DNA from: Alphaproteobacteria bacterium MarineAlpha12_Bin1
Lineage (GTDB): Bacteria; Pseudomonadota; Alphaproteobacteria; UBA6615
Direction: 5' to 3'
Length of the DNA: 64,000 nt
Assembly (NCBI GenBank): GCA_002937505.1
Contig: PTJY01000001.1
Span: forward strand, 472,986 to 536,985
Below, one piece after another: positions 1 through 9,647 of the stretch. A program made the position numbers and the translations under genes. Within the stretch, counting starts at the first letter, position 1. Each line of letters opens with the position of its first letter. The notes under the pieces are model-generated. The model was not told the origin of the DNA, ran no database searches, and saw only the letters and a list, made by a program, of their open reading frames with translations.

Positions 1-201
1 GTTTTTGGCCTCTTGGGGTTCTCTTTTGGTCCTTGGCTTCCTTTACTTGCTATAATGATTGCCGCTGGGTACTTTGGAACGTTACTCGGAAGCCGCCTAA
101 CTGAATTGGCCTCGGAGAGTTTGTTTCGTAAAATTCTTAAAATAATTTTAACAATTCTAGCGATCAACCTATTGCTTAGTGGCAGTGGTGTTTATAGCTA
201 A
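1..201 (+). CDS. C-terminal fragment of a TauE/SafE-family (sulfite exporter-like) membrane protein; 5' end lies outside the window
   Basis: Frame is open to the window edge with no upstream stop. Hydrophobic, Gly-rich C-terminus (GYFGTLLGSRL...LLLSGSGV) is typical of the last TauE/SafE helix. Confidence 0.45.
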   Translation, partial: VFGLLGFSFGPWLPLLAIMIAAGYFGTLLGSRLTELASESLFRKILKIILTILAINLLLSGSGVYS

Positions 202-1154
202 ATCCTATCCAAACCCTTCAAATGTTTGTTAATTCTGTCCGAAATATAGGAGATGGCAGCCTTTCCTTCATCGAGATAGGGTGCAAGAGATACAAAGCCA
301 TGTATCATTCCTGGCCAGTCCATATGCTCCACCGAAACACCAGAAGATATCAAAGATTTCGCAAACACAACGCCTTCATCATGAAGAACATCGTATTCAG
401 CAGTAATAATTGCGGTGTGAGGTAAACTTGCCAACCTAGTAGCTTTTATAGGCGATGCCCTCCAATCGTTTTCATCTTCGCTACTCCGCAGATAATGATT
501 CTGAAACCAGAGCATCCCTTCCTTGGTCAAAAGCCCATAACCATCAGCAAATTTTTCATAAGATCCGCTCTCACATGAATAATCAACCACAGGATAAATA
601 AGTTGTTGTGACAAAATACTGGGGCCACCATTATCCCGGGCCATTATGGACATAACAGCGGCAATATTGGCTCCAGCACTGTCACCACCTACAATAAATT
701 TACTTTTATCTGCCCCGAGTTTTTCGCAATTTTCAAATAACCATTCGGTAGCTGCATACGAATCATAAATAGCCGCAGGAAATTTATATTCTGGCGCTAA
801 CCTATAATCTACTGATGCCATTATACATTTTGCTCCTGCACAAAACGCCCGAACAACCTCGTCGTGACTGTCCAGGCTCCCAATCACATGACCCCCGCCA
901 TGAAAATAGACCCAAATAGGTAATGCTTTAGCATCGGCCTCAAGTGGCCGATAGAGCCTTATGCGGATATTGGAATCTGGGCCGGGGATTTCAAACTCTT
1001 CTATCGATAAAACTTGTGTTCGCTCTTTATCCCTTACTTTTGCCATTTCATCCATTTGCTTACGAGCATCAGCGGGGGACATGGTGAACGTAGGCTGAAT
1101 TTTTGCTTCTTTCATTTTTTCGATCAAAGTAACCACTTGAGGATTTAAGGTCAT
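198..1154 (-). CDS. alpha/beta-hydrolase esterase/lipase, hormone-sensitive-lipase family
   Basis: 318 aa. HGGGH oxyanion-hole motif and GDSAG nucleophile motif. Acidic/His catalytic residues near the C-terminus. Confidence 0.8.
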   Translation of the reverse strand: MTLNPQVVTLIEKMKEAKIQPTFTMSPADARKQMDEMAKVRDKERTQVLSIEEFEIPGPDSNIRIRLYRPLEADAKALPIWVYFHGGGHVIGSLDSHDEVVRAFCAGAKCIMASVDYRLAPEYKFPAAIYDSYAATEWLFENCEKLGADKSKFIVGGDSAGANIAAVMSIMARDNGGPSILSQQLIYPVVDYSCESGSYEKFADGYGLLTKEGMLWFQNHYLRSSEDENDWRASPIKATRLASLPHTAIITAEYDVLHDEGVVFAKSLISSGVSVEHMDWPGMIHGFVSLAPYLDEGKAAISYISDRINKHLKGLDRI

Positions 1155-1176
1155 TATTCCATTTCCTACGAGTAAA

Positions 1177-1659
1177 ATGATAAGTAAAAACTGTTTACAA
1201 TTATATACACTAAACCAACTCTACATAACTTGGGAAAGGAAATCCCCCGTGCACGAAATAAACTCCCCCCAAATCTTAGCTGAAGTATCAGCTGCTCACG
1301 AACGATATGAACAAGCGCTCTCAGAAAACAACATAGACGTTTTAGATGAATTGTTCTGGGAAAATTCTTTGACCCTACGATATGGAATTGGGGAAAATCT
1401 TTACGGTCATGATCAAATAAGTATCTTTCGTAGAAAACGAGAAACTAGTAACCTCGATCGAGAGATACTAAAATTAACAATCACCACATTCGGAAAAGAT
1501 TTTGCTACAACAAATCTTGAATTTAAACGATTAAAAAGCGATCAAATTGGTCGTCAAAGTCAAACCTGGTTACGCACCGAGAAGGGATGGAAGATAGTAT
1601 CGGCACACGTAAGTCTTATGAGGGAAGAAAAAATAAAGTCAAATTTAGAAAAAATATAG
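1177..1659 (+). CDS. NTF2-like / DUF3225 (AtzH-like) small protein
   Basis: 160-aa ORF. Its pattern (WENS..LRYGIGENLYGHDQI..FR; ..EKGWKIVSAHVS) fits the SnoaL/NTF2-like fold family. Exact start is uncertain. Confidence 0.4.
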   Translation: MISKNCLQLYTLNQLYITWERKSPVHEINSPQILAEVSAAHERYEQALSENNIDVLDELFWENSLTLRYGIGENLYGHDQISIFRRKRETSNLDREILKLTITTFGKDFATTNLEFKRLKSDQIGRQSQTWLRTEKGWKIVSAHVSLMREEKIKSNLEKI

Positions 1660-1670
1660 TTTTAAAAAAC

Positions 1671-1747
1671 TGGCGCGCCCGGGAAGACTTGAACTCCCAA
1701 CCTTCTGATTCGAAGTCAGACGCTCTATCCAATTGAGCTACGGGCGC
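1671..1747 (-). tRNA. tRNA-Arg, anticodon UCG
   Basis: Reverse complement folds into a canonical cloverleaf: acceptor GCGCCCG/CGGGCGC, D-arm GCTC..GAGC, anticodon stem TCTGA/TCAGA, loop CTTCGAA, T-arm GGGAG-TTCAAGT-CTTCC. Discriminator G and CCA are encoded. Confidence 0.85.
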
Positions 1748-1768
1748 TAATTTACAGTTAACTTTTTT

Positions 1769-1845
1769 TGGCGCGCCCGGGAAGATTCGAACTCCCAACC
1801 TCCTGATTCGTAGTCAGACGCTCTATCCAATTGAGCTACGGGCGC
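1769..1845 (-). tRNA. tRNA-Arg, anticodon ACG
   Basis: Near-identical to the upstream copy. Anticodon loop is CTACGAA and T-loop is TTCGAAT. Position 43 is G, giving a U27-G43 wobble. CCA is encoded. Confidence 0.85.
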
Positions 1846-2071
1846 AAAAAAACATTCATCCTTTTAAAAAAATTCGAAAATTGTTGATTGAGATACTAAT
1901 CCGAGAAGTTAATCAAAAGCCCCGTTGATAGCAAGCAGACGCCTTAATGATTAGAAAATAATTTATACATATTAAACAACAAAAAATGAAGCATTGAAGT
2001 GGGTTGTCCACTCAAGTACAGATAGTTAACATCTTATAAGCTCAGTCATCGACCACTAAATGAAATAATTT

Positions 2072-2551
2072 ATGAATATAGAAAAAGAAACCCAACACGA
2101 CTTTCCAGTTTCCTGGGAACAACTTCACCGTGACGCTAAAGCCCTGGCCTGGCGCCTGTCTGAAAAAGGACCCTGGGAAAAAATTGTTGCCATAACCCGA
2201 GGAGGCTTAGTGCCTGCTGCAATAGTTGCAAGAGAGCTAGAAATGAGGTTGGTAGATACGTGTTGCGTGACCTCTTATGATCATAAAGAACAAGGGAATA
2301 TAGAAATACTGAAAGAAGTTGCGGGTGACGGTGCCGAAACTCTTATAATCGATGACCTTGTAGATACTGGTAAGACAGCAAAAATTGTAAGGGAAATGCT
2401 ACCCAAAGCCCATTTTGCTACAGTATACGCAAAACCGGCGGGACGCCCGTTGGTTGATACGTTTATAACTGAGGTAAGCCAAAACACCTGGATTCATTTT
2501 CCGTGGGATCTTAGCTTGCAATTCGCCAGACCCATAGCGGCAGATGACTGA
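2072..2551 (+). CDS. gpt: xanthine-guanine phosphoribosyltransferase
   Basis: 159 aa. Collinear with E. coli Gpt (..[27 protein letters not shown].., PRPP loop [12 protein letters not shown], ..[17 protein letters not shown]). Confidence 0.85.
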   Translation: MNIEKETQHDFPVSWEQLHRDAKALAWRLSEKGPWEKIVAITRGGLVPAAIVARELEMRLVDTCCVTSYDHKEQGNIEILKEVAGDGAETLIIDDLVDTGKTAKIVREMLPKAHFATVYAKPAGRPLVDTFITEVSQNTWIHFPWDLSLQFARPIAADD

Positions 2552-3325
2552 TTATGACGTTACCCTAATCTTAACCTTTTTGTATTTTCTGTATAAAGTC
2601 GGGAGAAGTAATAATACAGAACAGCCAATTAGAGGGAATATTATTCTCGGCTCATAGATAATTGTATGGTTTATTGAATTGTTAGTCTCTAATGAATTGG
2701 CTAAACCTTCACCTAGAGTTGTATAAATGAATGCTCCCGGAATTATGCCAATTAAGGTAGCGCTGACATACACTTTTATCGGAACATCAAAAAATGCCGG
2801 AGCAAGATTAACTAGCCAGAATGGAAAGATAGGAATCAAACGCATTATTAATAGATATTTAAAGGAATCATGCCCTAATCGAGATTCTACCCTACTAAGA
2901 GCTGATTGAATCCTTGTCATAATTCCTAATTCAAATAAGTCCTTTAGTATCATTCTCGCTATAAGAAAAACACCTGTCGCGCCCAATACCCCCCCAAATA
3001 CTGATATTAAGCCTCCAGTAAACCAGCCAAAAATAAACCCACAGGCAACAGACATAAAAACACTGACCGGCAATGAAAGAGCACAAATTAAAGCGTAAAA
3101 AAAGCAACAAAGAATAACCGCTAAGAACCTATGTTTATCAACAAATAAACCTACTAGTTCTCGCTTCAACTTGAGTTCATTTATAAAGTCATACTCATTA
3201 AACCCACCTATAAAAAAAACGGCCAGCGAAATTATAATAATCCCCGCAAATAATGAGTTTAAAGCTAAATGGTAAGAAATATTAAATTGGCTTCTAGTCC
3301 GCTCTTTTTTTATTTTATCATTCAT
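2552..3325 (-). CDS. TVP38/TMEM64 (DedA-like) family inner-membrane protein
   Basis: 257 aa, multi-pass hydrophobic protein. Carries a DedA-type G..G(x)LGAT.(F)L.(AR) motif. Confidence 0.6.
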   Translation of the reverse strand: MNDKIKKERTRSQFNISYHLALNSLFAGIIIISLAVFFIGGFNEYDFINELKLKRELVGLFVDKHRFLAVILCCFFYALICALSLPVSVFMSVACGFIFGWFTGGLISVFGGVLGATGVFLIARMILKDLFELGIMTRIQSALSRVESRLGHDSFKYLLIMRLIPIFPFWLVNLAPAFFDVPIKVYVSATLIGIIPGAFIYTTLGEGLANSLETNNSINHTIIYEPRIIFPLIGCSVLLLLPTLYRKYKKVKIRVTS

Positions 3326-3511
3326 ATAAAATTGTTTCTTGTGTTATTACTTATATTTTTTTAGATAATAATAGTTTACAGAATTAGAAGTCATAATTAG
3401 ATATCTAAGAAAATAATATTTTTTGAATATAATGGCCTTTACATTGACTTCGACCCATCTAGTCCTTATACAGCGCCAGTTTGCAGCTAGCGGATGAATG
3501 GAGCAACCTAA

Positions 3512-3646
3512 GTGAAACGAACTTTTCAACCTAGTAACCTTATACGGAAGCGAAGACACGGCTTCCGCTCTCGTATGAAAACAGTCGGTGGCCGTAGAGT
3601 GTTATCACAGCGGCGAGCAAAAGGTCGCAAAAAATTATCTGCATAA
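3512..3646 (+). CDS. rpmH: 50S ribosomal protein L34
   Basis: GTG-initiated 44-aa ORF: [44 protein letters not shown]. This is an unmistakable L34 signature, and it sits directly upstream of rnpA as in most bacteria. Absent from the ORF track because it is under 60 aa. Confidence 0.9.
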   Translation: MKRTFQPSNLIRKRRHGFRSRMKTVGGRRVLSQRRAKGRKKLSA

Positions 3647-3701
3647 TATGACCTGCTTGCAGCCTGCCTGATTCTCCAGGCTTATTTGGAGCCCAAAACA
3701 C

Positions 3702-4139
3702 ATGAGCTATCAGCCCAGGATTAACTCAGTAGAAAACAAAGAAAAAAAGCTACCGTCTATAAAAACTTTGAAAATGCGTTCAGATTTTATAAGAATTGCA
3801 TCTAAAAAACGGTATTGGTCTACCCCTGGACTTACCCTACAAGTAAGTGAAACCCCAAGAGAAACTTATGATAAATCTGTAATAAGAATTGGCTATACTG
3901 CTTCAAAAAAAGTTGGAAACGCCGTTAAGCGCAATAGAGCTAGAAGAAGATTGCGAGAGACAGTTAGAAAACTAATGCCATTTCAAGCCGAAACAGGAAA
4001 TGACTTTGTTATAATTGCTAGGTCGGAGACAGTGAGTCGACCATTCCAAGACCTACTATCAGATCTCGAGTTGTCTTTAAAAAAACTCGATGTATGGAAT
4101 GAGCCTGTAACCTTACACAACAAGAAAGATTCCCTTTAA
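3702..4139 (+). CDS. rnpA: ribonuclease P protein component
   Basis: Basic 145-aa protein following rpmH and preceding yidD-yidC. Contains a conserved A.KRNRARRRLRE-like RNR motif. True start may be the internal Met at 3774 (MRSDFIRI). Confidence 0.8.
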   Translation: MSYQPRINSVENKEKKLPSIKTLKMRSDFIRIASKKRYWSTPGLTLQVSETPRETYDKSVIRIGYTASKKVGNAVKRNRARRRLRETVRKLMPFQAETGNDFVIIARSETVSRPFQDLLSDLELSLKKLDVWNEPVTLHNKKDSL

Positions 4140-4435
4140 TGTGGTATTTAAAAGAAACAATTTCATTTTTGTTAAAGGCACTTATAATTGTTTATCAATA
4201 TATCTTTTCGCCTATATTAGGGCCTAGCTGCAGATTTTACCCAACATGTTCAGAGTATGGCTTAGAATCTATAAAGTTGCATGGACCATTTTTTGGTACA
4301 ATACTAGCTATCAGACGTATCATCAGGTGTAACCCTTGGGGTAGGCATGGCTATGATCCTGTGCTTAGCACTTGTGCCTCCGATAATTTTCAATCTGCTC
4401 CAGAACAAACACCACATAAATTACCTGAAAGCTAA
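4139..4435 (+). CDS. yidD: membrane protein insertion efficiency factor YidD
   Basis: Small protein with YQ.I.SP..G..CRF.PTCS.Y...I..HG motif. Lies between rnpA and yidC. C-terminal extension is longer than usual. Confidence 0.8.
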   Translation: MWYLKETISFLLKALIIVYQYIFSPILGPSCRFYPTCSEYGLESIKLHGPFFGTILAIRRIIRCNPWGRHGYDPVLSTCASDNFQSAPEQTPHKLPES

Positions 4436-4443
4436 CCAAAAAT

Positions 4444-6264
4444 ATGGATCAAAAAAATCTTTTTATGGCGATAGCGGTATCTTTGGTGATTTTGCTCGGC
4501 TGGCAGTTCTTTGTTGAGGGACCGCGTCGTGAGGCTCAGCTAATAGAAGAAAAAAAGAAAGAAGAATTAGCTGAATTACAAAGAGGTAAAAATAAATCGC
4601 ATTCCTCTTTACCAGCAATATCAAGTGAGAACCTGCTGATAGACGCAGAGAAACCCCGCAATGAAATTGTCAAAGAGACTCGTCGTATAAAATTAAAGTC
4701 GGAAAGCCTTACCGGCTCAATTAATCTTGAAAATGGACGTATAGACGATATCACTATGTTGAATTATAGAGAGAGCATAGATCCATCGAGTGATAACATA
4801 GTGCTATTGTCCCCAAAGGGTTCATCTAATCCTTATTTTGCAGAGTTCGGCTGGGCAAGTAGAGAAGGAACCTTTGGAGCGAGCGGAGCGAACTGGAAAT
4901 CTTCAAAAGGTACTCTAACCCCTGAATCACCAATTGTTCTAACATCTAAAACCAAAGAAGGCCTCAGCCTTAAAAGAACTTACTCAATCGACGATAAGTT
5001 TATGATCACTGTTGAAGATAGAATTGAAAATAATGGCAGTAATGCAATAAACCTATCCGCCTTTGCCAGACTAAGTAGAGTAAACACCCCAGACACGCTA
5101 GGTTTTTTTATTCTTCACGAAGGCCCAATAGGAGTAATAGACGGCACATTAAAAGAAATTGATTATGATGATCTTGAGGATGATTTTGATGAAAACAATG
5201 GCCGTCCAAAGCCCACCACATTTCCAACGACAGGAGGTTGGCTCGGTATAACTGACAAGTATTGGTTAACAGCTCTGATTCCTAATCAATCAAAAGCTGT
5301 AAACACTAGTTTTTCCTACCAAAAAACTGCAAAGGGAGCCGATTCTTATCAAACAGATATAATTGAACAGCAGGTTCATGTATTAAACCCAGGAGATTAC
5401 GCGGAAGCTACTAATCGTCTATTCGCTGGAGCAAAGGTTTTCGAAACTCTAAGCAAGTATAGAGATGAACAAAATGTTCCCAGGTTTGAAATGGCTATAG
5501 ATTTCGGTTGGTTCTTCTTTATTACAAAACCGTTACTTCAGGTTCTAATTGTAATTGCTGAGCACCTGGCAAACATTGGTATTAATGCTAATTTTGGAGT
5601 TGCAATCTTATTGGTCACTGTCATCATAAAAATCTTATTTTTCCCACTTGCAAATAAGTCATATAAATCCATGAGTAAGATGAAAGGGCTTCAACCCAAG
5701 ATGACCGAGTTACGGGAAAAATTTGGTGATGACAAGAGGAAGATGCAACAAGAATTGATGGCAATGTATAAAAGGGAAAAAGTAAACCCTGTATCTGGAT
5801 GCCTACCTATGGTTTTGCAAATACCCGTGTTTTTTGCACTCTACAAGGTTTTATTTACGTCTATTGAAATGAGACAATCCCCTTTTTACGGTTGGGTGCA
5901 TGATTTATCCGAGCGCGATCCGACTAACATTTTTGATTTATTTGGACTAATTCCATGGGACATGCCCTCCTTTCTAGCTGTGGGAACTAGCTTTGTAGCT
6001 TTAGGTGCTTGGCCTTTGTTTATGGGGATATCTATGTATCTTCAGCAAAAATTAAACCCTGCCCCAGCGGATCCTATGCAGGCACGAATGTTTATGCTTA
6101 TGCCTATAATGTTTACATTTTTTCTGGCAAATTTCCCCGTTGGTTTGGTTATTTATTGGACCTGGAATAACCTTTTGTCTGTGTCTCAACAATATATAAT
6201 CATGCGAAGAATGGGGGTTGCAATAGGGGGCGGAACGGTTTCCGATAGTGCTAAATCTAAATAG
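4444..6264 (+). CDS. yidC: membrane protein insertase YidC
   Basis: 606 aa. N-terminal TM segment, large periplasmic domain, and a C-terminal 5-TM core (..PLANKSYKSMSKMKGLQPKM.EL.EK..DD.QKMQQE.M..YK.EKVNP..GCLP...QIPVFFALY). Confidence 0.9.
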   Translation: MDQKNLFMAIAVSLVILLGWQFFVEGPRREAQLIEEKKKEELAELQRGKNKSHSSLPAISSENLLIDAEKPRNEIVKETRRIKLKSESLTGSINLENGRIDDITMLNYRESIDPSSDNIVLLSPKGSSNPYFAEFGWASREGTFGASGANWKSSKGTLTPESPIVLTSKTKEGLSLKRTYSIDDKFMITVEDRIENNGSNAINLSAFARLSRVNTPDTLGFFILHEGPIGVIDGTLKEIDYDDLEDDFDENNGRPKPTTFPTTGGWLGITDKYWLTALIPNQSKAVNTSFSYQKTAKGADSYQTDIIEQQVHVLNPGDYAEATNRLFAGAKVFETLSKYRDEQNVPRFEMAIDFGWFFFITKPLLQVLIVIAEHLANIGINANFGVAILLVTVIIKILFFPLANKSYKSMSKMKGLQPKMTELREKFGDDKRKMQQELMAMYKREKVNPVSGCLPMVLQIPVFFALYKVLFTSIEMRQSPFYGWVHDLSERDPTNIFDLFGLIPWDMPSFLAVGTSFVALGAWPLFMGISMYLQQKLNPAPADPMQARMFMLMPIMFTFFLANFPVGLVIYWTWNNLLSVSQQYIIMRRMGVAIGGGTVSDSAKSK

Positions 6265-6306
6265 AGTGTATCTATTATAAGTAATAGCAGAATCGAGACT
6301 AGATTA

Positions 6307-6957
6307 TTGGTAGAAGATATTAAAAACGTTGACAGGACAGAGTTAGGGCGCAAGCTATTCACACAGCCCTGTGCATTCTTGCGAGGCGTGGGAAAACTGG
6401 AAGATCTATCCTCTCCAGAACTTCCGGAGGTGGCATTTATTGGTCGGTCTAATTGCGGTAAATCAAGTCTATTAAATGCGCTAACTGGAAGAAAGTCACT
6501 TGCTAGAACTAGTAAAACCCCAGGCAGAACTAAACAACTAAACTTCTTTGATTTAGGGCAAAAAGTATGGTTAGTCGATATGCCAGGTTATGGCTATGCT
6601 AAGGCTTCAAAAAAAGAAATTATGGAATGGAATAAAACTGTTCAGGATTATTTAAAGGGCAGACCAACCCTTCTAAAGCTCTGCCTTTTAATTGATTCTA
6701 GACGCGGCATAAAACCTAATGATATTGAAATTATGAAATTACTAGATAAAGCTGCAGTCAGCTATCGTATAGTACTCACTAAAGTAGATAAAATCGGTAA
6801 TTTAGAGTTAGAAGATCTTATAAATTCGTGTTTTAAAATTTTAAAGCTTCACCCTGCGGCTTTCCCTGAACCAATCCCAACGAGCTCCTTAAATGGTGAA
6901 GGGATTCCACAACTGCGCGCAGAAATTGCTATTATGATACAAGAGGAAACGAAATAA
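6307..6957 (+). CDS. engB: ribosome biogenesis GTP-binding protein YihA/YsxC
   Basis: G1 motif GRSNCGKSSLLNAL, then DMPGYGYA and TKVDK. Conserved position after yidC. Confidence 0.85.
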   Translation: MVEDIKNVDRTELGRKLFTQPCAFLRGVGKLEDLSSPELPEVAFIGRSNCGKSSLLNALTGRKSLARTSKTPGRTKQLNFFDLGQKVWLVDMPGYGYAKASKKEIMEWNKTVQDYLKGRPTLLKLCLLIDSRRGIKPNDIEIMKLLDKAAVSYRIVLTKVDKIGNLELEDLINSCFKILKLHPAAFPEPIPTSSLNGEGIPQLRAEIAIMIQEETK

Positions 6958-7003
6958 ATTACTATTAGTAAAAATACATTTAAAAAAAGAGAACTAAAAT
7001 AAA

Positions 7004-7915
7004 ATGACCAAAAAAACGACGCCACCAAATAGTGATATGATAAACACGGCTAGTGTTTTATCAGAAGCTCTTCCTTTTATGAGAAGACATTCAGGAAGAA
7101 CGTTTGTAATTAAGTATGGTGGACATGCCATGGGCGACAGCAAACTAGCTGAATTATTCGCTCGTGACGTAGTTTTATTAAAGCAAGTGGGAATCAACCC
7201 CGTTGTTGTTCACGGAGGAGGGCCACAAATAGGCGCTATGCTCGAACGTCTTAAAATAAAGAGCGAGTTCATTAATGGACTAAGGGTTACAGATAGTGAA
7301 ACTGTAGAAATAGTAGAAATGGTGCTTTCAGGATCGATTAATAAGGCTATCGCTGCAGCAATTAATTCAGGAGGTGGACGGGCTGTTGGTATATCAGGCA
7401 AAGATGGTAACCTTATACGAGCAACCAAAATCAAAGGAAACCAGAATAACTCCGATTCTAACATAGAAAAAGTGCTTGATCTTGGGTTTGTGGGTGAGCC
7501 AACTAAGGTAGAACCGAGCCTACTGAATGATCTTATTCGTGCTGATCTAATTCCTGTCATAGCTCCTCTTGCATTAGGAGATGACGGAGAAACATATAAT
7601 GTAAATGCTGACACAGCTGCTGGAGCAATAGCAGAGTCACTTCAGGCCGCACGTTTATATATGTTAACCGACGTTCCTGGTGTACTGAATGAAAAAGGAA
7701 AAATTATTCCAGACATAAGCATTAACGAAGCAAAGGCCTTAATTCAGGATGGGACTATCACCGGTGGTATGATACCGAAGGTGGAAACGTGCATTCGCGC
7801 AGTACAAAATCAAGTCGAAGCCTCAGTTATATTAGATGGTCGAATTAAACACTCATTGTTATTAGAAATTTTTACGGAACATGGCACTGGAACTGCAATT
7901 TGGCACGACAAATAA
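7004..7915 (+). CDS. argB: acetylglutamate kinase
   Basis: Amino-acid kinase fold with the ArgB signature (..VIKYGGHAM.., [19 protein letters not shown]). Confidence 0.85.
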   Translation: MTKKTTPPNSDMINTASVLSEALPFMRRHSGRTFVIKYGGHAMGDSKLAELFARDVVLLKQVGINPVVVHGGGPQIGAMLERLKIKSEFINGLRVTDSETVEIVEMVLSGSINKAIAAAINSGGGRAVGISGKDGNLIRATKIKGNQNNSDSNIEKVLDLGFVGEPTKVEPSLLNDLIRADLIPVIAPLALGDDGETYNVNADTAAGAIAESLQAARLYMLTDVPGVLNEKGKIIPDISINEAKALIQDGTITGGMIPKVETCIRAVQNQVEASVILDGRIKHSLLLEIFTEHGTGTAIWHDK

Positions 7916-8007
7916 TATTCTGAAACATTAGGCTAAGTATAAGTTGGCTAACAAGTAAACTAAGCTCCAGTCAATTATAAATAAGATGTTCTGAGGGACT
8001 AACTGTT

Positions 8008-8703
8008 ATGGACCTAAAGGCCTCACTAAAAAATAAAGATTTTTGGATTTTTGACCTTGATAACACTCTTTACCCCTCTTCAAACGGGCTAATGTCAGAT
8101 GTTTCAGACAGAATGACCAAATTTGTATCAATGGTCACTGACAAGTCTGTTGAAGAGGCCCTGATCGAACAAAAAGAATTATTCAAAAACCACGGAACGA
8201 CCCTTCGCGGTCTAATGATAAGGTACTCAATTGACCCGTGGGATTTTTTAAGGTTTGTTCATAATGTAAATTATAATCTTGTTGAAAAAAACCAAAAGCT
8301 AGGTAACGCCATAAAGGCGCTAAAAGGTAAAAAAATTATATATACTAATGCATCAGCAACTCATGCAAAAAAAGTACTAGAACGCCTTGGGTTTTTAGAG
8401 GAATTTGATTCTATTTTTGATGTATCTGATGCCTCGTGGATACCTAAACCCCACATCAGATCATATCAAACGCTCATGGAAAAAATAAAATTTAACCCCC
8501 GCTCTTCGGTAATGATTGAGGATATAGCTCCTAATTTAAGACCTGCATCAGATATCGGCATAACAACGGTTTGGATAAAACAAAAGAATCCTGAAGCACC
8601 CAGTTGGACTCTTCCTGAAGAAAAAAGTGATTACATAGATTATACAATAGATGACTTAACTGAGTGGCTTGAATCATTAGCCCCTAAACAAAAGACGTTT
8701 TGA
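8008..8703 (+). CDS. HAD-IA hydrolase, putative pyrimidine 5'-nucleotidase
   Basis: HAD motif I DLDNTLY at the N-terminus. Follows argB, as in many alphaproteobacteria. Confidence 0.65.
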   Translation: MDLKASLKNKDFWIFDLDNTLYPSSNGLMSDVSDRMTKFVSMVTDKSVEEALIEQKELFKNHGTTLRGLMIRYSIDPWDFLRFVHNVNYNLVEKNQKLGNAIKALKGKKIIYTNASATHAKKVLERLGFLEEFDSIFDVSDASWIPKPHIRSYQTLMEKIKFNPRSSVMIEDIAPNLRPASDIGITTVWIKQKNPEAPSWTLPEEKSDYIDYTIDDLTEWLESLAPKQKTF

Positions 8704-8786
8704 CCGTTGACAGAGTGACATTTTGACCGCCATCTTCGTAAGAAAAATTAAATATAGTAAATTTAGTAAGCTTAAAGAGGAGTATT

Positions 8787-9632
8787 ATGACCGAGGAAAC
8801 CCTTCAGAAGATAATTGAGACCACTTGGGAAAACCGCGACGAAATAGGAATAGAAACTACTGGAGAATCTCGCGAAGCCGTTGAACAAGCCCTTAATATG
8901 CTCGACCAAGGCCTAGTGAGGGTTGCGGAAAAACTTAATGATCAGTGGGTCGTTAACCAGTGGCTAAAAAAAGCAGTCTTACTTTCTTTCCGGCTTAATG
9001 ACATGAACAAGATAGAAGGTGGCCCCGGCAAAAACACAAACTGGTGGGATAAAGTACCTTCCAAATTCGCAGAATGGAACGATTCGGAATTTCAAGAAGC
9101 AGGTTTTCGAGCAGTTCCGGGCAGTATCGTGAGACATTCGGCTTATATAGCTTCTGGCGTTGTACTTATGCCCAGCTTTGTCAATCTCGGAGCCTATGTG
9201 GATAGAGGTACAATGGTAGACACGTGGGCTACTGTTGGCAGCTGCGCTCAAATAGGTCAAAACGTTCACCTCTCTGGAGGGGCTGGTATCGGCGGTGTTC
9301 TGGAACCATTACAGGCCTCTCCTGTAATCATTGAGGATAACTGCTTCATAGGAGCGCGTTCGGAAGTAGCTGAAGGGGTAATTGTTGAAACTGGAGCTGT
9401 TTTATCAATGGGAGTTTACTTGGGTGCATCGACAAAAATTGTTGATAGGGAATCTGGAAAAATCATTACAGGCCGAGTTCCACCTTATTCAGTAGTCGTT
9501 CCAGGTACACTGACGGGAAAAAAATTAGAAGATGGTTCTGATGGACCGAATCTTTATTGTGCAGTTATTGTTAAAACAGTTGATGAGCAAACGCGTTCGA
9601 AAACTTCGATTAATGAGTTGTTACGTGATTAA
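8787..9632 (+). CDS. dapD: 2,3,4,5-tetrahydropyridine-2,6-dicarboxylate N-succinyltransferase
   Basis: 281 aa with left-handed beta-helix hexapeptide repeats and DapD-type N-terminus. Adjacent to dapE. Confidence 0.85.
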   Translation: MTEETLQKIIETTWENRDEIGIETTGESREAVEQALNMLDQGLVRVAEKLNDQWVVNQWLKKAVLLSFRLNDMNKIEGGPGKNTNWWDKVPSKFAEWNDSEFQEAGFRAVPGSIVRHSAYIASGVVLMPSFVNLGAYVDRGTMVDTWATVGSCAQIGQNVHLSGGAGIGGVLEPLQASPVIIEDNCFIGARSEVAEGVIVETGAVLSMGVYLGASTKIVDRESGKIITGRVPPYSVVVPGTLTGKKLEDGSDGPNLYCAVIVKTVDEQTRSKTSINELLRD

Positions 9633-9647
9633 CAAATATTAAAATTT

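Noticed and set aside
1860-2071. Possible purine (guanine) riboswitch upstream of gpt.
   Set aside because: I looked for the conserved purine-riboswitch core, a three-way junction with the U-rich/CC..GG loop-loop segments. I could not find it, and the leader is simply AT-rich.
3347-3559. 70-aa minus-strand ORF upstream of rnpA.
   Set aside because: It overlaps the rpmH (L34) coding sequence on the plus strand. rpmH is unambiguous.
7210-7614. 134-aa minus-strand ORF antisense to argB. Similar antisense ORFs exist inside dapD, dapE, yidC, kdsB, polA, the IMPase gene, the Gfo genes and others.
   Set aside because: They are fully embedded in well-supported genes on the opposite strand. Their composition is low-complexity (Ser/Pro/Arg-rich) and they have no recognisable domains. 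These are typical out-of-frame artefacts.
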